Shown here one piece after another: positions 9,064 to 24,028 of a stretch of 64,000 bases of DNA. Under the pieces are notes generated by a model. It was not told the origin of the DNA. It did not search any database and saw only the letters and a program-made list of their open reading frames with translations. Location of the stretch: assembly GCA_964507405.1 (NCBI GenBank), contig CAZDPJ010000001.1:110899-174898 (forward strand), given 5' to 3'. Source of the DNA: an uncultured Staphylococcaceae bacterium. Lineage in GTDB: Bacteria > Bacillota_I > Bacilli_A > ML615J-28 > CAG-313. Made by a program: the position numbers and the translations under genes. Every line of letters begins with the position of its first letter. Within the stretch, counting starts at the first letter, position 1.

Positions 9064-9627
9064 TTAGTTTTCCTTTCTGATGCATAAACAAATCCCTACA
9101 ATAATTCCAATATAATTTAATACTATATCTATATAATCAAATATCCCCTTTTTAGATATATACTGAATTAATTCTAATAAAATAATAATAACTAAACATA
9201 TTAATAATTCAATTATTAAATTAAGCTTAAGTTCATTTATAAAATATCCTAAAGGAATAAATAATAAAATATTTCCAATAATATTTAAAAATACAATTTT
9301 ATTAGTAAATATTATATATATCCATTTTTTAATATAATATGGATTTGCAAGTATATAACTATCATTAGTTTTCCGATAAAATAAACTAAGTACTAAAATA
9401 ATTAAATAACAAATTAAACAAAATATATATATCCCTTTATTAAAATTATGAATTATTCGATAGAAAAAATAATAAATAACAACTACACTTAAACTAATAT
9501 AAATAAATGTAACTAATTCATTAAACTCTCTAAAAAAGATACTATTTTTAAATAAATAATATATATAAGTTATTAATAAAATATATATAAATATACTCAA
9601 TAAAATTTCAGTTTTCTTTGTTTTCAT
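9064..9627 (-). CDS. VanZ-family membrane protein
   Basis: 'NIIGNILLFIPLGYF', 'LELIQY...GIFDYIDIVLNYIG' VanZ motif. Confidence 0.85.
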   Translation of the reverse strand: MKTKKTEILLSIFIYILLITYIYYLFKNSIFFREFNELVTFIYISLSVVVIYYFFYRIIHNFNKGIYIFCLICYLIILVLSLFYRKTNDSYILANPYYIKKWIYIIFTNKIVFLNIIGNILLFIPLGYFINELKLNLIIELLICLVIIILLELIQYISKKGIFDYIDIVLNYIGIIVGICLCIRKEN

Positions 9628-9728
9628 TATACCACACAATTTCTAAATATTCAATTTATATGCGATTTGCTATCTTTATAGTTTTACCATTATTTAATAA
9701 TAATATGTAATTATAAATTATTTATAAC

Positions 9729-9768
9729 AAAAAAGTAGATTTGAGCTATTAACTCTTATCTACTTTTT
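9729..9768 (-). terminator. Terminator after the ABC transporter pair
   Basis: AAAAAGTAGAT...ATCTACTTTTT inverted repeat at the stop codon. Confidence 0.65.
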
Positions 9769-11512
9769 ATTTTTCAAATTGTGAATTATATAATTTACAA
9801 TAGAAACCATTGTTTTTTATTAATTCATCATGTGTACCTTGTTCAATTATATTACCATTATTCATTACTAAAATTAAATCAGCACCTTTAATAGTAGATA
9901 AACGATGGGCTACAATAAAGCTAGTTTTATCTATCATTAATGTATTAAATGCATCTTGAATTTTTAGTTCTGTTCTTGTATCAATTGAAGAAGTTGCCTC
10001 ATCTAATATCAACATAGAAGGTTTTATTAACATTACTCTTGTAATACACAATAATTGTTTTTGACCAACTGATAAACTATTTTCTTCATTAATTATTGTA
10101 TCATATCCATTAGGAAGTCTCTTTATAAAACTATGAGCATGTGCTTTTTTTGCTGCTAAAACTATTTCATCTAACGTTGCATCAGGCTTACCAATTGCAA
10201 TATTATCTCTAACTGATGCCGTTTTAATCCAAGTATCTTGAAGTACCATACCATAATTATCTCTAAGAGATTTTCTTGAAATATCTCTAATATCAGTATT
10301 TTCTACTTTAATAATACCACTATTAACATCATAAAATCTCATTAATAAATTAATTAGTGTTGTTTTTCCACAACCAGTTGGACCAACTATTGCAATTCTT
10401 TGACCTTTTTTAACCTTTAAATTAAAATCTTCAATAAGTTTTTGACTATCTTGATAAGAAAAATATACATGTTCAAATTCTATGTTTCCTGATGCATTTT
10501 CTAAAATTACTGATTCAATATTATCTTTAACTTCTTCTTGTTCATCTAATAACTTAAATATTCTATTTGCACATGCAAATGCATTTTGTACTTCTGATAT
10601 TACTGATGATATTTCATTAAATGGTTTTGTATATTGATTTGCATAACTCAATAATGAATTAAGATATCCAACCGAAAGCAAAAGTTCTGGTCTAACTTCT
10701 TTAATAACAAAGATTGACCCAACTAATGCCACCACCGCATAAACTAAAGCATTAATAAATCTAGTTAATGGATTAGTGAGTGATGAATAAAATATGGCTT
10801 TTAATGAACATTTTTGTAAATTATCATTTATTTCTTTAAATCTATTTAAACTATCATCTTCATAATTATAAGCTTTAACTACTTTGATATTTCCAATCAT
10901 TTCATCAATAAGTCCTGTCTGTTGAGCTCTAATTTCTGCTTGTGATTTAAATAAATTAAATGTTTTACTTGCAATAAATTTAGCAACAAAAAGTGACATC
11001 GGTGTAAGAACAACAACAATTATCGCAATAACCCAGTTAATCATAAACATAAAGAAGATTGTACCAAGTATCGTTATTATTCCTTTAAATAATTGATTAA
11101 AGCCAAGGAGTAATCCATCAGCAAATTGGTCTACATCATTAATGATAGTACTTACTACTGATCCTGTTGTATTAGAATCAATATACTTAAGAGGTAAAAC
11201 TTGTAACTTTCTAAATGCTTCTTGACGAAGTCTACGAGTTATACGATAAGTCATTTGATTAGTTAAAAGAAGTAATACAAAATCAATTATACTTGTACTA
11301 AAAACTAAAATTACTATTTTTACAAGTAAACTAATTAATTTATCAAAATCTACCTCACCTATACCTATAAGTAAATCAATAGCATTACCAAATAATATTG
11401 GTAAATAAATGGTAAATAAAACACTAATAAGACAAAGAATTAATGTAAATATTAATGTTACAATATCTTTTTTTAGATATTTTAAAATTCTTTTTAATAA
11501 TCCTTTATTCAT
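9767..11512 (-). CDS. ABC exporter subunit (TMD+NBD), heterodimer partner
   Basis: GPTGCGKT, LSVGQ, LILDEATS, AHRLST; six-TM N-terminal half. Confidence 0.93.
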   Translation of the reverse strand: MNKGLLKRILKYLKKDIVTLIFTLILCLISVLFTIYLPILFGNAIDLLIGIGEVDFDKLISLLVKIVILVFSTSIIDFVLLLLTNQMTYRITRRLRQEAFRKLQVLPLKYIDSNTTGSVVSTIINDVDQFADGLLLGFNQLFKGIITILGTIFFMFMINWVIAIIVVVLTPMSLFVAKFIASKTFNLFKSQAEIRAQQTGLIDEMIGNIKVVKAYNYEDDSLNRFKEINDNLQKCSLKAIFYSSLTNPLTRFINALVYAVVALVGSIFVIKEVRPELLLSVGYLNSLLSYANQYTKPFNEISSVISEVQNAFACANRIFKLLDEQEEVKDNIESVILENASGNIEFEHVYFSYQDSQKLIEDFNLKVKKGQRIAIVGPTGCGKTTLINLLMRFYDVNSGIIKVENTDIRDISRKSLRDNYGMVLQDTWIKTASVRDNIAIGKPDATLDEIVLAAKKAHAHSFIKRLPNGYDTIINEENSLSVGQKQLLCITRVMLIKPSMLILDEATSSIDTRTELKIQDAFNTLMIDKTSFIVAHRLSTIKGADLILVMNNGNIIEQGTHDELIKNNGFYCKLYNSQFEK

Positions 11513-13227
11513 TATTTATCATCCTCCTTAAATTGAGAATAATAAATTTCTTGATACACAGGACAACTTTCTAACAAATTATTATGTGTATCAAAGCCAA
11601 CAAGTTTACCATCATCTAAAACAATAATTTTATCAGCATGCATTATTGATGACGTTCTTTGAGAAACAATAATAGTAGTAGGATGATAATCTAGTTCCTT
11701 TATATTTTTTCTTAGTTCTTTTTCTGTAATAAAGTCAAGGGCAGATGCGACATCATCTAAAATTAAGATGCTAGGCTTTTTAACCAAAGCTCTTGCAATC
11801 GCAATACGTTGACGTTGACCACCCGAAAAATTCCTGCCATTTTGTTCTACTTCTGAATAAATTCCTAATTCTTTCTTATTTATAATATCTAATGCTTCGG
11901 CGTTTTTACAAGCATTTAGTACTTCTTCATCAGACTTCGTTATTCCCATACAAATATTATCTTTAATTGTACCTTTAAATAAGACCGACTTCTGCATTAC
12001 AACTCCAATCTTATCACGTAAATATGAAGGATCATAACTTTCTATATTTTGACCATTTATATATATATCACCACTTGTCGCATCATAGAATCTAGTAAGC
12101 ATATTTATCAGACTAGTTTTACCACTACCAGTACCACCAATAATTCCAATTGTTTCTCCTTTATTAATTGTAAAAGATATATCTTCTAAAGAAGAAACTT
12201 TAGAATATCGATAATTTAAATAAACATGACTAAAATCAATGAATGATTTAGTTTCGTCTATTATTTTTTCTTTTATAATTACTTTAGAATCAATTTCTAA
12301 GATACTACTTACTCTTTTTGATGATGCAATTGCTTTAGTAATAGTAACAATTAAATTAGCAAATTTAATTAATTCAACAAGAATTTGGGACATATAGTTA
12401 TATAAAGCAATAACTTCACCATCAGAAAGGGTACCATTATTTACTTTAATACCACCTTGATAAATTAATAATACAATAGCAATATTTATAATTGCATATG
12501 TTAAAGGATTTAACAAACTAGCAAAACGAGACACTTTATTTTGTGATCTTTCTAAAGTTTTCGTTGAAGTATTATAATCATCTATTGCTTCTTGTTCATT
12601 AGTAAATGCTCTAATAACTCTTGTACCTGTTAAATTTTCTCTTGTATCTTTAAGTACTACATCTAAGTTTTTTTGTACTTTTTTATGAAGTGGAATGGTA
12701 ACAAGAATTATCGAAAAAACAACTACAAGTAATATACCAATAACAATAAAAAAGATATATGACATACTAGGAACAAGAATTGAAGCAAGAATAGCAGCTC
12801 CAAAAACAACAAATGGAGAACGTAAAAGTAATCTAAGTGTAAGATTAATTCCTGTTTGTACTTGATTAACATCATTTGTCATTCTTGTTATCATACTTGA
12901 TGTTCCAAGCATATCAAGATCGGAAAAAGTTAAACTTTGTAATTTTTTAAAGACATCATATCTTAAGGATGTAGCAAATCCTACAGCTGCTTTTGCTGCA
13001 AAATATTGAGCGGTAACCGAAAATAAAAGTCCAACTGTGCCACTTAAAATCATTAAAGCAACCATTAAGATTATATATGATGTATCATTATTTCCAATTC
13101 CATTATCAATTATATTTTTAATAATAATTGGAATAAATAATTCAAGTAATGCTTCTAATAACTTAAATAGTGGAGCAAGTATAGTTTCTTTTTTATACGG
13201 TTTAAAATATTTAAATAATTGTTTCAT
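11512..13227 (-). CDS. ABC exporter subunit (TMD+NBD) carrying the degenerate site
   Basis: GGTGSGKT, FSGGQ, LILDD (E to D) and SQR switch (H to Q): the usual degenerate half of TM287/288-type heterodimers. Confidence 0.93.
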   Translation of the reverse strand: MKQLFKYFKPYKKETILAPLFKLLEALLELFIPIIIKNIIDNGIGNNDTSYIILMVALMILSGTVGLLFSVTAQYFAAKAAVGFATSLRYDVFKKLQSLTFSDLDMLGTSSMITRMTNDVNQVQTGINLTLRLLLRSPFVVFGAAILASILVPSMSYIFFIVIGILLVVVFSIILVTIPLHKKVQKNLDVVLKDTRENLTGTRVIRAFTNEQEAIDDYNTSTKTLERSQNKVSRFASLLNPLTYAIINIAIVLLIYQGGIKVNNGTLSDGEVIALYNYMSQILVELIKFANLIVTITKAIASSKRVSSILEIDSKVIIKEKIIDETKSFIDFSHVYLNYRYSKVSSLEDISFTINKGETIGIIGGTGSGKTSLINMLTRFYDATSGDIYINGQNIESYDPSYLRDKIGVVMQKSVLFKGTIKDNICMGITKSDEEVLNACKNAEALDIINKKELGIYSEVEQNGRNFSGGQRQRIAIARALVKKPSILILDDVASALDFITEKELRKNIKELDYHPTTIIVSQRTSSIMHADKIIVLDDGKLVGFDTHNNLLESCPVYQEIYYSQFKEDDK

Positions 13228-13237
13228 ATCTAATTAT

Positions 13238-14659
13238 CTATTCAACCTCAATAATTCTGATTGTATTTGTAACACCATGTTTTTGACCAAATCCACTTGT
13301 AATAATAATATTAGAACCATCCTTAATATCTAAACTCTTAGATACTTCAATTGCAATATCATCACACATACCAATATCATTAACATAATTACTAATAACT
13401 GGATATACACCAAAATAATAACTAAGTTTTCTACAAGTTGCAGGATTATCAGTACAAGCAATAATCGGAGCTTTAGGACGATATTTACATATACGTTTTG
13501 CTGTACCACCAGTTTCCGTAAATGCAAGCACAGCCGCAACATCTTGAAGAGTTATACAACATTGAGAAATACATGCTCCTATTGCATCACTTTTACTCTT
13601 CGTATTATGCTTTTCATGTTCTTTTAATTTATGTAAATAATCGATGGTTGCTTCTGTCGCAATTGCGATTTTATTCATATAATTAACACTTTCAACTGGA
13701 TATTTACCAATCGCAGATTCACCACTTAGCATAACCGCATCACTTCCGTCTAAAATTGCATTTGCAACATCACTAGCTTCTGCTCTTGTTGGACGAGGAG
13801 ATGATATCATTGATTCCATCATATGGGTTGCGGTAATAACTGGTTTACCAGCTTCATTCGCAAGTCTAATTATTTGTTTTTGATATAGTGGTACAAGTTC
13901 AGGTGAAACCTCAACTCCAAGGTCACCACGAGCAACCATTATACCATCAGAAACGTCGATAATTTCCTCAATATTATTTAAACCTTCTTGGTTTTCAATC
14001 TTTGAAATTATTTCAATATTAGGGCATCCTAAATCTTTTAATATTTGTCTAATTTCTAATACATCTTCTTTTCTTCTTACAAAAGATAAAGCAATTAAAT
14101 CTATTCCTTGTTCACAACCAAACTTTATGTCTTCATAGTCTTTTGTTGAAACAAATGGCATTGAAAGTTCAACTCCAGGAACATTAATTCCTTTTTTATT
14201 TTTAAGAATACCTGGAGTATTAACTACACATTTAACATCTTCTTCTGTTTTTTCAAGAACCGTTAGAGACATTTTTCCATCATCAATTAGAATTTCATTA
14301 TCTTTTTCAATATCTACAAAAAATTCAGGACAATTAACATAGAATCTTTTTTTATTACCAAGTACTTCTTCGGATGTAAGAGTAACAATGTCACCTTGTT
14401 CGAAACTACATTCTCCATTTTCAAAATTACCAATTCTAATTTCTGGACCTTTAGTGTCAAGCATAATTCCGATATATTTATTAGTTTTCGCACTAGCTGT
14501 TTTAATTCTAGCTATTCTTTTAATTGCTTCTTCATATGAGCCATGTGAAAAATTTAATCTCGCTACATTCATTCCCGCATTAAACATTTTAATTAACATT
14601 TTTTCAGAATCAATAGCAGGACCTACTGTACATACAATTTTTGTTTTTCTTATTTCCAT
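13238..14659 (-). CDS. pyk: Pyruvate kinase
   Basis: RKTKIVCTVGP, RLNFSHG, DTKGPEIR, KIENQEG, MVARGDLG, MLSGESA. Confidence 0.98.
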   Translation of the reverse strand: MEIRKTKIVCTVGPAIDSEKMLIKMFNAGMNVARLNFSHGSYEEAIKRIARIKTASAKTNKYIGIMLDTKGPEIRIGNFENGECSFEQGDIVTLTSEEVLGNKKRFYVNCPEFFVDIEKDNEILIDDGKMSLTVLEKTEEDVKCVVNTPGILKNKKGINVPGVELSMPFVSTKDYEDIKFGCEQGIDLIALSFVRRKEDVLEIRQILKDLGCPNIEIISKIENQEGLNNIEEIIDVSDGIMVARGDLGVEVSPELVPLYQKQIIRLANEAGKPVITATHMMESMISSPRPTRAEASDVANAILDGSDAVMLSGESAIGKYPVESVNYMNKIAIATEATIDYLHKLKEHEKHNTKSKSDAIGACISQCCITLQDVAAVLAFTETGGTAKRICKYRPKAPIIACTDNPATCRKLSYYFGVYPVISNYVNDIGMCDDIAIEVSKSLDIKDGSNIIITSGFGQKHGVTNTIRIIEVE

Positions 14660-14663
14660 ATTA

Positions 14664-17483
14664 TCACCTATTTAATACTTTCTTTAAATATTCTCCTGTT
14701 GCACTATTACTATTTTCAGCCACTTCTTCTGGAGTTCCCGTCGCAACAATATAGCCACCTTCATCTCCACCTTTAGGGCCTAAATCAATAATGTAATCAG
14801 CAAGTTTTATTACATCTAAATTGTGTTCAATAATAACAACACTGGCACCTAAATCAACTATTCTTTTAATCATTGCCATTAATTTTTCAATGTCATATGT
14901 ATGGAGACCAGTTGTAGGTTCATCAAATATAAACATCGTACGTTCATTAATTTTTTTATATAATTCACTTGCAAGTTTAACTCTTTGGGCTTCACCACCA
15001 GATAAAGTAGTTGCACTTTGGCCAAGTTTTATATATCCTAGACCAACATCATTTAATGTTTTCATTTTATTATATATCGCAGGTATATTTTCAAAGAAAC
15101 TACATGCATCTTCAACTGTCATATCTAAAACATCAGCGATAGTTTTGTCTTTATATTTTACTTCTAGTGTTTCACTATTATATCTTTTACCATGACATGC
15201 TTCACATTCAACATATACATCTGGTAAAAAATGCATTGCAATTTTAATTACACCATCGCCTTCACACGTTTCACATCTTCCACCTTTAACATTAAAAGAG
15301 AATCTGCTTTTGTTGTATCCTCTTTTCTTTGCTTCGAGAGTTTCCGAAAATAAATCACGAATAGCATCAAATACTCCCGTATAGGTTGCAGGATTAGACC
15401 TAGGAGTTCTACCAATTGGAGACTGATCAATTTGAATTACACGTTCAATTTGTTCAATTCCTTCAATTTTATCATGGGCACCAACTGTTAAATTACTTCT
15501 ATATAGTTTTTTACTTAATGCATTATATAATATTTCATTAACAAGTGATGATTTACCACTACCTGATACACCAGTAACTAAAACCATTTTATGTAAAGGG
15601 ATTTCAACATCTAAATTTTTTAAATTATTTTGATGAGCATTTTTTATAACAATTGAACCTAAATCAGCAGTTTTTCTTTCTTTTGGTACTTCTATTTTTC
15701 TTCTACCTGATAAATAGTCGGCAGTAATTGAATTAGTATTTTTTATAAATTCAGCAGGCGTTCCACATGCAACAACTTCACCACCATGGACCCCAGCATA
15801 TGGGCCAATATCTACAATATAATCGCATTCATTCATTATTTCTTCATCATGTTCTACAACAATTAGAGTATTATCTAAATCTCGCATTTCTTTCAATGAA
15901 TTAATTAATTTATGATTATCACTTTGATGGAGACCAATTGAAGGTTCATCAAGTACATAAAGCACCCCAGTTAAACGAGAACCAATTTGAGTTGCAAGTC
16001 TTATACGTTGAGCTTCACCACCTGATAAAGTACCAGCTTTTCTTGATAATGTTAAATAATCTAATCCAACATTTTTTAAGAAAGTAAGTCGAGATAAAAT
16101 TTCTTTAAAGATTAAATCACTAATTTGTTTTTCTTTACTTGTTAAATCTAAATTTTCAATAAAAGTGATAGCATCTTTCACCGACATTTCCGTAAATTCA
16201 TGAATATTTTTACCACCAATTAAAACCGATAATACCATTTTTGATAATCTTTTTCCACCACAATCATGGCAAGTAATTTCACGCATATATGAACCATAAT
16301 ATTCCTTCTGCATAGAAGATGATGTTTCTTCATATCTCCTAGAAATAAGAGTCGCAATACCTTCAATAAAACGATTTTTTCTCATTGAGATACCACCAGA
16401 TGAATGAATTTCATATGATATTGGTTCTTTTGATCCATGTAAGATAATATCTTTTTCTTTATCCGTTAAATCTTTATATGGTTTAAATAAATCAATATGA
16501 TAGTGTTCAAATAATACTTTATATTGTTGCCATTCAATATTTTCAGTAAATACGATATTTTTTAAGTAACGTATCGCCCCATCAGCAATTGATAATTCGG
16601 GATTAACTATAAGTCTATCTTCATCAAGTTCATTAATAAAACCAAGTCCTTTACAAGTAGGACATGCACCTAGAGGAGAATTGAAAGAAAACATTGCGGG
16701 TTCTAGTTTACCTATTGTAAAATCACAATGTGGACAACTATAATGTTCACTAAATAGTACTCTTTCTTCACCAAAATCAACATATATTTTACCATCACAA
16801 AGTTTTGATGCTGTCTCTAATGATTCATATAATCTTGATTTAATTTCAGGTCTAACTTTTAATCTATCAACAACAACAAGTATACTATGTTTGTTATTTT
16901 TTTCTAATGATATTTCTTCATCTAAATCTAATAACTCGCCATCAATAATAGCTTTTGAATATCCATCTTTTCGAAGAAGTTCTAATGTTTTTTCAAATGT
17001 TCCTTTTCTTTCTTCAGCAATAGGTGATAAAATCATTATCCGTGTATCTTGTGGATATTCAAGAACACGATTGCACATTTGTTCAATCGTTTGACTACTA
17101 ATTTCACAATGATGAATAGGACAACAGGGTCTGCCAATTCTTGAATATAACAAACGTAAATAATCATATATTTCTGTCACTGTTCCAACTGTTGAACGGG
17201 GATTTCTGCTTGTTGTTTTTTGGTCAATTGAGATTGCTGGTGACAAGCCTTCAATTACATCAACATCAGGTTTATCAACATTATCTAAAAACTGACGAGC
17301 ATATGCTGATAAACTTTCAACATAACGTCGTTGACCTTCAGCGTATATTGTATCAAAAGCAAGTGATGACTTACCACTACCTGATACACCAGTCATTACG
17401 ATTAATTTGTTACGAGGAAGTGTAAGATTAATATTCTTTAAATTATTAACTCTAGCACCTCTAATTATAATTTTATCTGTCAT
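14664..17483 (-). CDS. uvrA: Excinuclease ABC subunit A
   Basis: Two GVSGSGKSS Walker A motifs, LSGGEAQR twice, zinc fingers, 939 aa. Confidence 0.98.
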   Translation of the reverse strand: MTDKIIIRGARVNNLKNINLTLPRNKLIVMTGVSGSGKSSLAFDTIYAEGQRRYVESLSAYARQFLDNVDKPDVDVIEGLSPAISIDQKTTSRNPRSTVGTVTEIYDYLRLLYSRIGRPCCPIHHCEISSQTIEQMCNRVLEYPQDTRIMILSPIAEERKGTFEKTLELLRKDGYSKAIIDGELLDLDEEISLEKNNKHSILVVVDRLKVRPEIKSRLYESLETASKLCDGKIYVDFGEERVLFSEHYSCPHCDFTIGKLEPAMFSFNSPLGACPTCKGLGFINELDEDRLIVNPELSIADGAIRYLKNIVFTENIEWQQYKVLFEHYHIDLFKPYKDLTDKEKDIILHGSKEPISYEIHSSGGISMRKNRFIEGIATLISRRYEETSSSMQKEYYGSYMREITCHDCGGKRLSKMVLSVLIGGKNIHEFTEMSVKDAITFIENLDLTSKEKQISDLIFKEILSRLTFLKNVGLDYLTLSRKAGTLSGGEAQRIRLATQIGSRLTGVLYVLDEPSIGLHQSDNHKLINSLKEMRDLDNTLIVVEHDEEIMNECDYIVDIGPYAGVHGGEVVACGTPAEFIKNTNSITADYLSGRRKIEVPKERKTADLGSIVIKNAHQNNLKNLDVEIPLHKMVLVTGVSGSGKSSLVNEILYNALSKKLYRSNLTVGAHDKIEGIEQIERVIQIDQSPIGRTPRSNPATYTGVFDAIRDLFSETLEAKKRGYNKSRFSFNVKGGRCETCEGDGVIKIAMHFLPDVYVECEACHGKRYNSETLEVKYKDKTIADVLDMTVEDACSFFENIPAIYNKMKTLNDVGLGYIKLGQSATTLSGGEAQRVKLASELYKKINERTMFIFDEPTTGLHTYDIEKLMAMIKRIVDLGASVVIIEHNLDVIKLADYIIDLGPKGGDEGGYIVATGTPEEVAENSNSATGEYLKKVLNR

Positions 17484-17577
17484 GATTATTCACCTACCAA
17501 AAGTATATCATCTATTTATTATACCATATTTTTTAATTTTTAATATTTAATATACAATAGATTTTTTAATATCGAAT

Positions 17578-17611
17578 AAAAAAAGTATCGACTATTTAGC
17601 CCATACTTTTT
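17578..17611 (-). terminator. Terminator after ligA
   Basis: AAAAAGTAT...ATACTTTTT inverted repeat next to the ligA stop. Confidence 0.55.
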
Positions 17612-17617
17612 AAAAAA

Positions 17618-20298
<2,681 letters not shown>

Positions 20299-20306
<8 letters not shown>

Positions 20307-22386
20307 TTACCACACTAATAGTTGGATGGTCTTTGGTTATTTTCCTTATGGCACCGTCTTTTTCAAATAATATTTGTACAAACTTTTCGTCAGATGCAAC
20401 AACTATACCATAACCAAAATATGTATGACTAACTTTACTTCCAACTTTTATTTCCCCTTTTTCCTGTTTTTTCTCTGTTTGTTCTTCCACCATCTTTTTA
20501 AGGTCATTAGAAAGGAGGAATTCAGTTAAAAATCTTGATTTTTGATTTCTTACTACTCTACCATAAATTAACCTACGATTAGATGATGTTAAATATAATT
20601 TTTCTTTAGCTCTTGTGAAGGCAACATAAGCAACTCTTCTTTCTTCTTCAATATCAATTTCATCTCTAATTGAAGGGAATAGTCCTTCTTCTAGTCCTAC
20701 AACAAAAACAACTTTAAATTCAAGTCCTTTTACAGAATGAATAGTAGAAACAGTTACCCCTTTAACTTTTTCTTCATCTCCATATGATTGGTCTAGAATT
20801 ATTTCATCAAGACTAATTTCAATTTTTTCTTTTTGAGTCATATTTTGATCTTCAAAAGTTTCTTCTACTTTATAAAGAATTGACTTAAATTCCATTAAAT
20901 TATCAACTCGATTAGTTTCTTCACTATCTTCTTCTTTTAACATTTCTAAATAACCAGTTTTATTTATTAATAAATCAAAGAAAGAAACAAGGTCATGTTG
21001 AAGAAGGTCTTGTTGTAATTCTTCAATAATCTTTCTAAACTCATCCAATGCTTGATTTTTACTAGATGGATTTGATGCATATAGTACTTTAATCGCACCA
21101 AGAACCCCAAGATTTTGATCAGCCATGATGTTGGCAATTTTTTCTATTGTCTTATCACCAATACCGCGAGATGGACGGTCGATGATTCTTTTAAAGTGAA
21201 CTAGTTTAGAATCATCTAAGATAAAACGAAGATAACTAATTACATCTTTAATTTCTTTTCTTTTTAAATATGTGAAACCACCATAAATATTATAGGGAAT
21301 TCTATTTTCAATTAATCCAAGTTCAAAAGTTCTTGATATGGCATTATTACGATATAAAATAGCAATATCTGAATATTCATAATTTTCTCTATTAATTAAA
21401 TGAATTATTTCATTAGTTACAAATCTAACTTCATCTTCATAATAATACGCATCATGAACAACTACAGGCTGAGTTATTGAAGATATCTTTGTATATAATT
21501 CTTTAGGTTCTCTTAAGACATTATTTTTAATTAATGCATTCGCACCATTTAATATACTTTCACTTGAACGATAGTTTTGTAATAATTTAAATACTTTAGC
21601 ATCTTTAAAATCTTTTACTGAAAAGTTTAACATATTATCAACACAAGCTCCTCTAAAAGAATAGATGCTTTGGTCATCATCACCAACTACAAATATATTT
21701 TTATATTTACTAGCTAATTTCTTTACAATTTCATATTGTTCAACATTAGTATCTTGAAATTCATCGACTAAGATATATTTATACCATTCTTGATAATATT
21801 CACGTACTTCTGGAATATCAAGTAATTTATTAGTAAGAATTAATAAATCATCAAAATCAAGCATATTATTTTTCTTTAAAAATTCATTATATGCATCAAA
21901 TACTTTTTCTTCTTCTGTTCTTAATGGTCTAATTCCATTTTTATGATCACCAATCATTCTAGCCATTGCTTTAGGTGAGAACATTTTTTTATCAATTCCA
22001 TTTTCTTTATAAACATCTGATAAAACTTTTTGAATTTCTTCATCATCGATAATTTCAAAATCACGTTTATACCCAAGCAATTCAATATTTCTTCTAAGAA
22101 TACGATTGCATAAAGAATGAATAGTAGATATATGAACAAGACTTGCTTCTTTTTCATCTAAATAATTACTTAGACGTTCTCTCATTTCTGCTGTTGCTTT
22201 TTTAGTAAAAGTTATTGCTAAAATATTACGAGGATTAATATTAGATTCTTCAATCATATATATAATTCTCGAAATTAAAGTTTTAGTTTTACCAGTACCC
22301 GCACCAGCAAAAACCATGACTGGGCCATCTATACAAGATGCAGCTTGTCTTTGTTCTTCATTTAAGTTATCTAATATACTTGACAT
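20299..22386 (-). CDS. pcrA: ATP-dependent DNA helicase PcrA/UvrD
   Basis: AGAGTGKT, VDEFQDTN, VGDDDQSIY, QNYRS, TIHSVKGLEF, EERRVAYVAFTRA, C-terminal Tudor-like 'VSHTYFGYG'. Confidence 0.95.
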
Positions 22387-22390
22387 ATTA

Positions 22391-24028
22391 TCACGCTGTA
22401 AATGATGATTTTAAACCAACAATACGGTTAAAAATCAATTCATTACCTTTCGAATCATAATCAACAGCATAATAGCCATTTCTTACAAATTGAAATTTAT
22501 CACTTGCTTTAGCATCATGTAAAGCATATTCAACAAATCCATGTTTTTCTATCCATGAATTAGGGTTTAGTCTTTCCTTAAAGTTTTCACTTGATACTTT
22601 TTCATCAAGAATTAAAGGTTCAAATAAATTGAAAGTTGCTTTAGAGGCATGAGTTGCTTCAACAAAATGAATATTACCATTTGGTTTACGTTCATTAAAG
22701 CCAGTTCCACTCTTCGTATTAACGTCATATGTACAATGTAACTCTTTAATACTACCATCTTCATTGTAGATTACTTCATTACATTTAATAAAATATGCAT
22801 GCATTAGTCTTACTTCAAGACCAAGAGATAATCGCTTCCAATGTTTATTTGGTTTTTGTTCGATAAAGTCTTCTCTTTCAATATAAATATTACGTCCAAA
22901 AGGAATTTTATATGTTCCAAGTTCAGGATTTTCAGAATTGTTTTCAGCATCAAGCCATTCTATTTTTCCTTCTTCGTAATTAGTAATTACAACCTTTAAA
23001 GGATCTAATATCGCATTACGACGATTAACTTTTAGTTTTAAGTCTTCTCTTAAGAAATGTTCAAGCATTCCATAATCAATTGTAGAATTAATTTTAGATA
23101 AACCTGTAGACTTAATAAAATTCTTGATAGAATCTGGTGTAAATCCTCTTCTTTTTAAACCAACAAGCGTAGGCATTCTTGGATCATCATATCCTTTTAC
23201 TAATTGTTCATCTACTAATTGTTTAAGATATCTTTTACTCATTATAGTATTAGTAATACCTAAACGACCAAATTCAATTTGACGAGGATGGTGCTCTACT
23301 TCAGCATTATTAATAACCCATTCATAAAGTGGACGATGGTCTTCATATTCCAAACTACATAAAGAATGAGTAATACCTTCAAAAGCATCTTGTAATGGAT
23401 GCGCAAAGTCATACATTGGATATATGCACCATTTATCTCCAGTTTGATGATGATTTACTTTCATAATACGATAAATAACCGGGTCACGCATATTGATATT
23501 AGGACTAGCCATATCAATCTTCGCTCTTAAAGTCTTTTCACCATTTTCATACTTTCCAAGTCTCATTTCTTCAAATAACTTTAAGTTTTCTTCTACACTT
23601 CGGTTACGATATGGTGAATTAACCCCAGGTTCATTTATTGAACCACGATATTTAGCAACTTCTTCATGAGTTAAGTCATCAACATATGCTAAGCCTTTTT
23701 TAATAAAAAGAATTGCTTTTTCATATGTTTTTTCAAAATAATTTGAACCATATACAATTATTCTTGGGGTATATCCAAGCCATGCTAAATCTTTAACGAT
23801 AGCATCTACATATTCAGTATCTTCCTTCGCAGGATTAGTGTCATCAAATCGAAGGTTAGTGCTTCCATTAAATTCTTTAGCAAGTTCAAAGTTAGTAACA
23901 ATTGCTCTAGCATGACCAATATGTAAATATGCATTAGGTTCTGGTGGAAAACGAGTTAAGATATGATCTACAACTCCAGTTTCCAGTTCATTTTTCATAA
24001 TTGTTTTAATAAAATTAGAATTTTCCAT
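22391..24028 (-). CDS. glnS: Glutamine--tRNA ligase
   Basis: [36 protein letters not shown]; ATG 24028 follows GAGG. Confidence 0.95.
   Translation of the reverse strand: MENSNFIKTIMKNELETGVVDHILTRFPPEPNAYLHIGHARAIVTNFELAKEFNGSTNLRFDDTNPAKEDTEYVDAIVKDLAWLGYTPRIIVYGSNYFEKTYEKAILFIKKGLAYVDDLTHEEVAKYRGSINEPGVNSPYRNRSVEENLKLFEEMRLGKYENGEKTLRAKIDMASPNINMRDPVIYRIMKVNHHQTGDKWCIYPMYDFAHPLQDAFEGITHSLCSLEYEDHRPLYEWVINNAEVEHHPRQIEFGRLGITNTIMSKRYLKQLVDEQLVKGYDDPRMPTLVGLKRRGFTPDSIKNFIKSTGLSKINSTIDYGMLEHFLREDLKLKVNRRNAILDPLKVVITNYEEGKIEWLDAENNSENPELGTYKIPFGRNIYIEREDFIEQKPNKHWKRLSLGLEVRLMHAYFIKCNEVIYNEDGSIKELHCTYDVNTKSGTGFNERKPNGNIHFVEATHASKATFNLFEPLILDEKVSSENFKERLNPNSWIEKHGFVEYALHDAKASDKFQFVRNGYYAVDYDSKGNELIFNRIVGLKSSFTA

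Noticed and set aside
11512-13227. Degenerate Walker B and switch in the ABC subunit as another pseudo-ATPase
   Set aside because: This is the normal degenerate site of heterodimeric ABC exporters.
17484-17617. LexA (Cheo) box upstream of uvrA
   Set aside because: No GAAC-N4-GTTC found; only an extended -10 (TGGTATAAT) and the ligA terminator are present.
22391-24028. glnS in a Bacilli-type genome as horizontal novelty
   Set aside because: GlnRS is already known from Acholeplasmatales and many Clostridia; useful for taxonomy but not novel.
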